NCBI GenBank assembly: GCA_951406725.2
Contig: OX597842.1
Span: 5,952,001-6,016,000, forward strand
Direction: 5' to 3'
DNA: 64,000 nt
Origin: Octopus vulgaris
Taxonomy: Eukaryota
Of the stretch, positions 54,805 through 64,000 are shown in pieces. The number at the start of each line of letters is the position of its first letter. Position 1 is the stretch's first letter. The position numbers and the translations under genes are program-made. Under the pieces are notes generated by a model. That model made no database searches, was not told where the DNA came from, and saw nothing but the letters and a program-made list of their open reading frames with translations.

Positions 54805-54805
<1 letters not shown>
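53515..54805 (-). mobile_element. R4/Dong element 3' part with intact 290-aa C-terminal frame
   Basis: ORF 53680-54552: CRFC..ETVDHLISGC, RHD, KPDIVVKD..LIDMSIP..KLRKY (REL endonuclease); (TTA)n on both flanks. Confidence 0.92.
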
Positions 54806-54866
<61 letters not shown>

Positions 54867-54993
54867 CGCCGAGGTCGCCTTTGCCTTTCATTCTTTTGGG
54901 GTCGATAAAATAAGTACTCATTGGACACCGGGGTCGATGTAATCGACTCATCCACTCCCCAAAAATTGCTGGGCTTGTAGCAAAATTTGAAAC

Positions 54994-55048
<55 letters not shown>

Positions 55049-55571
55049 CTTCCTTCTTTTTCTTTTTCTTTCATGTTCCTCCTTCTCTTGTTTTTTATTT
55101 ATCATGTTTTGAGACAGTACATCAAACGTTTCCTTTCTTACATAAAAAATTTAGAATAATCAGTAATACGTTTGAAAAAAAATTCTTCGGTGTCAACAAA
55201 AATTGAGTGATAATACCTTATAATTATTTACAGACAACGGTATTGCTATTTTCTGGAATGTACATATGTCCATCATTAGAGATAATCCCTCAATGGCTTC
55301 ACAGATGGGGTCGTGTGTAATTCTAAATGAAGTACCAGACATTCTTTAACTGCCATAATATCTATATTTCTATTTATGATAATATTACTATTTTATGGAA
55401 CGCGTATATATCCATGTGGTAGCCACTCTGTGTCTTTACAGAAGTAGTTGTGTCTCATTTTGAATGAGATGTCAGACACTTCATCAGCCATAAATTCCAT
55501 AGTTAATAATGTTATTTTCTGAAACGTGTTTATATTATACATGATTCGACAAAAAACATTATTTCAGTATT

Positions 55572-55857
55572 ATCACGTGACCGACCATACCATCAGATGT
55601 TGTTACACATTGCTGGTCACAATGCGTTCGCATTGTTTTAGCCTTCGAATGACGCCACCCCGCTGGCTAAGCGAGCAGGCCAACAGAAGAAAGAGCGGTG
55701 AAAGAGTACGGCAGGGATCACCACCTCCTGCCGGAGAGTGGTGGAGCTTTTAGGTGTTTTAGCTCAATAAACACTCACAACGCCCGGTCTGCGAATCGAA
55801 ACCGTGATCCTGCGACCGCGAGTCCGCTGCCCTAACCACTGGGCCATTGCGCCTCCA
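55572..55857 (-). mobile_element. SINE family C
   Basis: Near-identical to 42903-43189. Confidence 0.85.
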
Positions 55858-56009
55858 CATTTCAGTATTATATCGTCTTTAATTCAATGATTGAGTACTG
55901 TTTCGAGTCCTAGTACACATGGAGCTGGTTACACAGCTTCCATCTGACATAGTGGGTCTGTGGCAGGTAGTCGGACGAACGATTTGGCACCAGCCAAGTT
56001 TATTTGTTT

Positions 56010-56301
56010 TCTTTTACTTGTTTTCAGTCATTAGACTGCGGTCATGCTGGAGCACCGTCTTAAAGGGATTTTTTGTCAATGAAATTGACTCCAGGACTTA
56101 TTCTTTGTAAGCCTAGTACTTATTCTATCGGTCTCTTTTACCGAACCGTTAATGTTATGGGGACATAAACACACTACCATCGGTTGTCCAGCGATGGCGG
56201 GAGGATAAACACAGACACACACAAATATATATATATATATATATATATAACACACATATATATATATATATACATATATATATGTATGCATATATATATT
56301 A

Positions 56302-56364
<63 letters not shown>

Positions 56365-56403
56365 GTATATATATATGTATATGTATATATATATATGTTT
56401 ATG

Positions 56404-56492
<89 letters not shown>

Positions 56493-56516
56493 TTATATAT
56501 ACATACATAAATACAT

Positions 56517-56549
<33 letters not shown>

Positions 56550-56952
56550 CGATGGGCTTCTTTCAGTTTCTGTCTACCACATCCACTCGCAAGGCTTTGG
56601 TCGGTCTGGTACTATAGTAGAAGACACTTGCCCAAGGTGCCACGCAGTGGGACTGAATCCGGAACCATGTGGTTGGGAAGCAAGGTTCTTACCACATAGC
56701 CACGCTATATTCATATACTCTTTTACTCTTTTACTTGTTTCAGTCATTTGACTGCGGCCATGCTGGAGCACCGCCTTTAATCGAGCAACTCGACCCCGGG
56801 ACTTATTCTTTTGTAAACCCAGTACTTATTCTATCGGTCTCTTTTGCCGAACCGCTAAGTAACGGGGACATAAACACACTAGCATCGGTTGTCAAGCAAT
56901 GCTAGGGGGACAAACACAGACACAAAAACACACACACGCATATATATATATA

Positions 56953-57024
<72 letters not shown>

Positions 57025-57190
57025 TACGACGGGCTTCTTTCAGTTTCCGTCTACCAAATCCACTCACAAGGCTTTGGTCGGCCCGAGGCTATAGTAGAAG
57101 ACAGTTGCCCAAGGTGCCACGCAGTGGGACTGAACCCGGAACCATGTGGTTGGTAAACAAGCTACTTAACACACAGCCACTCCTGCGCCT
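56010..57190 (-). mobile_element. Two tandem SINE family A copies with expanded internal (TA)n
   Basis: 56010-56705 and 56715-57190. Confidence 0.88.
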
Positions 57191-57619
57191 GTTTGTTTTC
57201 TTTTTCGTTTCTACAAATAACATTCTATTCAACAAGGAACATGGTGTACGCTTCTACTAGAAGCATCGAGTGGTGGTAGTAGTTGTGTCGATCGCCTTAT
57301 GGCTATTGCACGTCAGGCAAAATACTTAATGGTATTTCGACCGTCTTTACGTTCTGAATCCAAATTCTGCTGAGGTCATCTTTGCCTGTTATCCTTTCAA
57401 GATCGATAAAATAAGCAGCAGTTGATCACTGGGGGTCGATGTAATCGATTTGCTATCTCTTTCGAACTTACTGGACTTGTGCCAAAATTTGAAATCAATA
57501 TATTAGTACTTGTTGCCGCGCCATGTGGAAACGTTAGCTGCCTGAAATCTTAACTAGTTTCTTGTGAAAACCTTGACATTATCAACTTTTAAGTTTTATT
57601 ATACGGTCATAGTTAACAA

Positions 57620-58040
57620 AGGCGCAGGAGTGGTTATGTAGTAAGTAGCTTGCTTACCAACCACATGGTCATGGGTTCAGTCCTACTGCGTGGCATCTTG
57701 GGCAAGTGTCTTCTACTATAGCCTTGGGCCAACCAAAGCCTTGTGAGTGGATTTGGTATACGGAAACTGGAAGAAGCCCGTCGTGTGTATATATATATAT
57801 GTGTATGTGTGTGTGTGTATGCTTATGTGTCTGTGTTTGTCCCCCCCCCCCCAACATCGCTTGACAACCGATGCTGGTGTGTTTATGTCCCCATAACTTA
57901 GCGGTTCGGCTTAAGAGACCGATAGAATAAGTACTAGGCTTACAGAGAATAAGCTCTGGTGTCGATCTGCTCGACTAAAGGCGGTGTTCCAGCATGGCCG
58001 CAGTCAAGTGACTGAAACAAGTAAAAGAATAAAGGAATAA
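57620..58040 (+). mobile_element. SINE family A
   Basis: As for 19638-20032. Confidence 0.88.
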
Positions 58041-58719
58041 AGAAAAGGAAGAGTGGGGCAGATGTTTATGCCTCTGCAACGCATTATGACATTGAAAAAT
58101 TCTATAAAGAACTTCAAGAAGTCATCAAACATGACAGACAATAAACATATATTAATCAAAACACATAGTGAAGGCGCATGGCTCAGTGGTAAGAGCATCG
58201 GGTTCACAATCACGAGGTAATGAGTTTGATTCCCGAACCAGGCTGTGTACTGTGTTCTTGAGCAAGACGCTTCATTTCATGTTGCTCCAGTATACTCAGC
58301 TGTAGAAATAAGCTGGGACGTCATTGGTGCCAAGCTGTATCGGCCTTTGCCTTTCCCTTGGATGCCATCGGTGGCATGAGAGAGGAGGCTGGTATGCATG
58401 GGCGACTGCTGGTTTTCCATAAACAACTTTGCCCGGACTTGTGCTTTGGAAGGGAACTTTCTAGGGGCTAATTCTGGTCATTCATGACCGAAGGGGGTCT
58501 TTACCTTTTACCCTTTTACTCTAATCATAACAAAACAATGAAGGCAGAGAGCTTCAATTATACAATACAAAAAGGGAACGTTTAGTAATCCTTATATATT
58601 TCAGTCTCAACGGCGCCTCATCAGAAATGTGAGTTTATGTAGATCCGGGTATGTACAGTGATGTTTGCCGGATCTGCATCGGTTGTCAAGCGATGGCGGG
58701 AAGACAAACACAGACACAC

Positions 58720-58758
<39 letters not shown>

Positions 58759-58924
58759 ACGGGCTTCTTTCAGTTTCCATCTACCAAATCCACTCACAAG
58801 GCTTTGGTCGGCCCGAGGCTATAGTAGAAGACACTTACCCAAGGTGCCACACAGTGGGACTGAACACTGAACCCGGAGCCATGTGGTTGGTAAGCAAGCT
58901 ACCTACCACACAGCCACTCCTGCG

Positions 58925-58967
<43 letters not shown>

Positions 58968-60419
58968 CATGCACCGCTTCTTAGCTTAACAAGGAATAGA
59001 AATGCGTTGTGTGTAGGCATGTGTGCGTGCGTGTGTATGCATTTAAGCATGTATGTAAGTATGAATATATACGACGGGCTTCTTTCGGTTTCTGTCTACC
59101 AAATCTACTCACAAGTCAGCTTGGGGTTATAGCAGAAGACACTTGTCCAGAGTGCCTCACGGTGGAGCTGGACCCGAACCATGAGATTAGGGGAACATCT
59201 TTGGTAAACACAAGAAAAACAATAAAGGCACATTACAGATTCTTGTTAGAAAATGGAAAGCAAGAAAGCAACATCAATAACTGTCATCTCACGTAGTTCC
59301 CCGACGCTCGTTACTTCTCTACAACCATTTCTTTTAGGGCTGTACTCTATTTGGAAGGTAACAGACATATTGCGCAATATATGGTGCTTTTTGTGGTAGA
59401 TTTCTTCTCATATTACAGTCTGGAGAATATGTCTGTTAGGTTCCAGTCCGATACGTTATCGCTGACACGGCTAATATGTTAATGGTAGAGATATTATACT
59501 TTCTATTAAGTCGAGTTTTTTTATGGTTCTGTCAGATTATCCATTTTTCATTCTCGTTCGCTTACACACACGTACAAATACAGAGAGTGGAAGAGAGAGA
59601 GAGAGAGAGAGAAAGAAGAGAGGGGGTCATAGAGAATTTGTAGAAAACTGAATTGTCTTTTTTCTGTATTATCTCCCTTGAGTTTCAACTTTTCTGTCCA
59701 TTTAGTTACTCCGCCTCTAACCTAAGTGACATTAAGATTCCCTCGTTAAATTACAAGCTTTGCCGTATTTCTTCCAGTTCTTAACACTGAGTTCAAATCT
59801 CGCCGAAATCAACTTGGCCTTTCGCTCTTTCCGGATCGAGAAAAATAAAGTACAAATGGTGTTGATATAATTACCTATCCTTCTCCTCTAACATTTAAAG
59901 CTTAGCATTTCTGCTGACAAAAAAGAAAGAAAAGAAAAGAAAAAAAAAACTGGCGCAATGTCAGTTCCGACGACGAGTGTTCTAGTTGATTCCCGTGTAC
60001 CATTAACGTAGTTTTCAGGGTGATTCAGCGTGATACAGAATGTGATAGGGCTGAAATACAGATACGACCTTGCTCAAAAGCATAACACGTCGCTTGGAAT
60101 CGAACCCATGATCTTATGATCGTGAGCCGAATGTCCTAACCACTAAGCCAGGCGCCTTCACTCCACGCGTGAAAGGTGGTGGGTTGGCTGAGTTGTTTGA
60201 GTAGTGTAGAGAATGACTCGTGGGAGATGTTCTGCTTCATAACATTCAAATCCCGCTGACGACAGCATTACTTTCATACTTTGATAAAATATCAGTCAAG
60301 CACTGAAATCGATAGAATAGTAGCTGGTATTGTACCAATGTTGCTAGGATGAGTTGTTGGCTGGTTTGCGGATGCTGCGTGAAATGGTTTAACAACACCA
60401 AGCATACAGCTTTACATGA

Positions 60420-60712
60420 TGCTACATAAAAAGCATTGGCAGGAGTACTGTTGCCATGTAAAAAACACTAGTTCTGGTGCCACGTAAAAGGCACTGGTGG
60501 TGATGGCATGTAAAAAAGCACTGGTGCTGGTGCCAAATATAAAAAAAACACCCAGGACACTTTGTGCAGTGGTTGGCGTTGTGCAGGGCATCCAGCTGTA
60601 GAAATTAAGCCGAAACGAACTAAGGAACTCGGTGCAGCTCCCGGCCAGCTCCTGTCAAACCATCCAATCCATACCAGCATGGGAAACGGACGTTACAGGA
60701 TGATGATGATGA
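60420..60712 (+). mobile_element. SINE/RTE-related element 3' part with (GAT)n tail
   Basis: Internal catgtaaaaagcac repeats; tail ccagcatgggaaacggacgtta-(gat)n. Confidence 0.6.
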
Positions 60713-61031
60713 GGAGGAGGAGGAGGAGGCACAAGCCATATGAAGTTGGTCACGTATTGCAACTATACACGTAGAGTCAGCAAAAGGAAAGAAATATAAT
60801 GCAATATACGAAATAGTTGCCAATCAAAATTTACCGCTGTAGCTGGATTAGACACAAGGAATATATGTAAACATGCGCCGCTTGTTGTCTGCCACGACAG
60901 TTGCATCACAGTTGAACATGCAGTCATTAAAAGAGCAGAGACAATCATTCCGGTCCGATATCTACAACGCTCTGTGAAATGGCGCTCAAAATCATCTCTA
61001 TTTATAACCCTTGTTGGGAAATGTTCTAGAG

Positions 61032-61381
61032 CAGTGGTTCTCAGAGCTCATGTAGCTCCTGAAGGTCCATATAAGATTTTGGCGGGTCCACGCTACAAAA
61101 TAGTAAATTGGGGATCTACAGTAGTATTTTAAGGGTCCATGAAAAAATTTTTGCTTCAGATGTATATATTGGTATGTATTGCAACAAACAGCTAAGTTTC
61201 TGTCTCTAACATTTTACAGAGTTCAACCGAGACAAATTAATGCGTGGAAAACAAAATAGGGAATTTTGAATGAAGTTTCTATAAAACTAGTCTTTAAACA
61301 CAGAATGGCTAGGGGTGGGTCCACCAAAATAAAATAGTAATCGAAGGGGTCCGTAGATAAAAAAATGGTTGAGAACCCCTA
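61032..61381 (+). mobile_element. hAT (Charlie-like) MITE, TCTAGA target
   Basis: ttctagag|cagtggttctca ... gttgagaacccct-a|ttctagaa. Confidence 0.85.
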
Positions 61382-61488
61382 TTCTAGAACCTTCAGACAA
61401 AATACATGCATTCACACTACAGATTCTCGCCTCTGGGACGCCGTTCGCAATATTTTTATAAATAACCTTTTCTTGTTCCCAGTCTAAT

Positions 61489-62094
61489 TCAGTTCTCTAT
61501 CTTTAGTTCTTTGCTAAATGCTATCGATTCTAACCTAAGCGTTCTCTTTGGGGTATTCCACCACAGGCTGTTGACGATTGCTCCCGTCAACTGTCCTTTA
61601 ACTAATTCACTAATGTGGTCCCCGTAGTCTTTGCGTACCGTAAGGAACACGTTCAACCACCAGCTGCTGGGTTCCAGTCTATGGTCCTCCCTAAGTTGAC
61701 GGAGCAGATAAAAATTTGTGGTTTGTGTAGCCGACCAGTATGAAGCGTGGAAATCCTTCAACATCCGTATCCGATGGTCTGGCAACACTCTATCAAGATG
61801 CGATCTAAATGTTCCACTGCGATTTTTCCATTTCCACTCAGCACTTAAGGGAAATCCAGTTGGTAGCAGTTGGACAGTTGGAATTTTTAGAGCAGGTTTT
61901 CGAGTTGTTTGCAATTCTTTCCCCCTATACAATAGCTCCACACAGCCCCACCCCCGCCGCGCGTGTAAAATAGTTTCAACCCTCAGTAATAGTCGTGATA
62001 TGGAAGTCTCCAAGAAAGCTTCTAGATTTCCAAAGATATTGTGCCTTCCTACAACTGTCAAGGCATAGTCTGAAGGCGTCGTCTTCGCTGTCAT
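61489..62094 (-). mobile_element. Degenerate L1/Tx1-type ORF1 fragment
   Basis: Pattern GWGCVELLY..L..PTVQLLPT parallels ORF1 at 46201-46950 (GNKYATIQVRF..LQSEKLILILTY). Confidence 0.45.
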
Positions 62095-62810
62095 TCATAT
62101 ATGTTTAGGACCATCGAATTACTATCCGGATCTAGCATGGTTGTCCGTGACTTGAGATCTAAGGATTAGCGCAATAACACTGCCAACCCACTACTTGAGT
62201 ATGGTAGATCACGGTATGAGAATATCTCACAGTCGTTGAGAGCGTACACTCCCGAGCGCTTGTCTTTGCTAATAGCTACTGCATCTATGTCTCGGGACTG
62301 AGGTCATTGAACAAAGGACCTTGCTTCCAAGATGACTTCAGGCCATGTACATTATACACACCACCCTGTATAAAGCCATGTCTGTGGAGAAAGAAGGAGG
62401 GAGATGTCACTATCCGAGAAAGCAGTGTAATCGGATCCTTTCTTAATGACCCCTCTAATAGTTCCCCGCAATTTCAAAAGTAGCATATCAGTATATCCGT
62501 TTCTTTACTTCTCAGTTTTATTACGTCAGGATAGAGATCAACAGGTTTCTCCTGACCCGAAGAAATACTTCTTTCAGTTATATTTTTCTGTTGCTAGTTT
62601 AGATATACCTCGTCCCTATTTGTGTGTGTGTGTGTATCACATATTATTTATATATATATATATGTGTGTGGGAATGTGTGTGTATGTATGTATGTATATA
62701 TGTGTGTGTATGTGTGTGTGTGCACTTATACATATTTATGTATGTTCTAAAGATATTTGTGACGGATGAAGCAAGCACTCTATACATGGTTTATTTAAAG
62801 CTGAATACCT

Positions 62811-62855
62811 TTCTCGTGACCGGAGTTTCACGCTACAGCAATCATCAGGTGAGAA
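62811..62855 (-). ncRNA. Hammerhead ribozyme remnant at the 3' end of a degenerate Penelope-like element (~62750-63680, -)
   Basis: ttctc-ac-CTGATGA-ttgc(tgta)gcgt-GAAA-ctccg-GTC-ac-gagaa. Confidence 0.6.
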
Positions 62856-63853
62856 CTGCTATTAACTGAGACTTTTGTTCTTTTATATCTTTGTTCTTCG
62901 ATTTACACCTCTTGATTTTATTGGTTGTTCTCGTGTTGCTTGCAGTAAGGTTTTGTCTGGTTGATTGGTTTCTGGTTTTGTTTTAAATTGTTTTAACTTT
63001 GTTTATTGTCATTTGTTCAGTCATCCGTAATTTTATTGGTTTCTTATTTTATTTATTTGTTTGGTTTTTACTCCGGCAGTTTTCGCTTTATATTTATATA
63101 GAGTGAATACAATTTTTCTCTAAGTACATAAGAACAAGCTTGATAAATGGAACCTACTTGAAAGGCCGCGTAATTTAAAAGACGATAGTATCAGAGAGAG
63201 ACTGATCGAAAAGTATTTTTGCTGTACAATCATCGGACTATTCAAAGCCAGATATAAACAACATATACTCTCACGCGAACCGGTAGCGTTTTCCCCCACC
63301 CCTCCACAAATTCCTGCTTTTTACATGTAAATTCCAAATCACTGAGGGTTGTTCCTACTTCGGGATCCTGGGAAATGCATCTTCGTGCTCTCACACATGA
63401 CTGTCTGGAAGCCCATTGATGGTTGTATCGGCACTGGGTGGAAACTACAATATATTTATTGAACGGAATTCTGCCTAAGATGTGAACGCGTCTCTTGTTA
63501 GCACGCATGATGATTCGGTATGGCTATTCTTTCGAACAGTTTTCACATTCTGGCTTATTATGACCATGTTCGCGCCACACACCGGCCGGGCTTTGCACTG
63601 AAGCTGCGATACATGGCTAGATGTGCTGGATAAACACTTAGACGACTCGAATCCCAAGCATCTAACTTAAACAAGTATGCAAAACACTGCGCACACAAAT
63701 TGCACACACACACACACATACATACACATATATATATATGTGTGTGTGTGTGTGTATAACATATATACACACATATATACATACAAACACACACACATAA
63801 GTTGAATAAAGTTAAAACAGTTTGGTTTTCACGTTTTTTTATGGTATTTTAAC

Positions 63854-63893
63854 AAAATTAGCGCTTTCATACACAGTGAACTCATCAGATTTC
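63854..63893 (-). ncRNA. Minimal type I hammerhead at a Penelope-like 3' end (element continues right of window)
   Basis: gaaat-CTGATGA-gttca(ctg)tgtat-GAAA-gcgc-TA-atttt; palindromic stem III AGCGCT. Upstream frame ends ..YQGLN, like the GIY-YIG C-terminus. Confidence 0.65.
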
Positions 63894-64000
63894 AAATGTG
63901 TTTAACTGACAGTTCAGTCCTTGATAACTTTAGTATCTCTTAGAACGCTCCAACCAGACAAATTTTTCGAATACTTTTTTGATCAATCCGTAAGCTCTTA

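Noticed and set aside
55470-55495. CTGATGA on the minus strand near a small hairpin
   Set aside because: No GAAA or cleavage triplet in the required geometry.
59338-59357. Possible 20-nt micro-exon (ttttag|GGCTGTACTCTATTTGGAAG|gtaaca)
   Set aside because: Splice-like signals occur by chance at this scale and there is no independent support.
62175-62200. TAACACTGCCAA resembling the start of a twister ribozyme
   Set aside because: The downstream pseudoknot elements of twister are absent.

Overview
Eukaryotic (animal) genomic DNA, AT-rich and saturated with microsatellites and transposable elements. The repeat repertoire (tRNA-derived SINEs, R4/Dong LINEs in (TAA)n, Penelope, Tx1/L1, RTE, hAT/Tc-mariner MITEs, Helitrons) is most consistent with an octopus/coleoid genome; this assignment is inference. 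Most long ORFs in the track are microsatellite artefacts or TE fragments. One probable host-gene feature is a first coding exon at 23699-23785 (+) encoding a signal peptide, so much of the downstream window may be intronic. The most notable signal is about 10 hammerhead-ribozyme (HHR) motifs or remnants, mostly at Penelope-like termini. Two dissimilar families carry a non-canonical CCGACGA core, and one pair forms a back-to-back palindrome. Other points of interest: a strand-biased YATCGTCTGY motif array, a pre-miRNA-like hairpin, a TTAGGG-containing inverted-repeat element, and a composite SINE with a Tx1-like tail. All coordinates were read by eye and TE boundaries are approximate.
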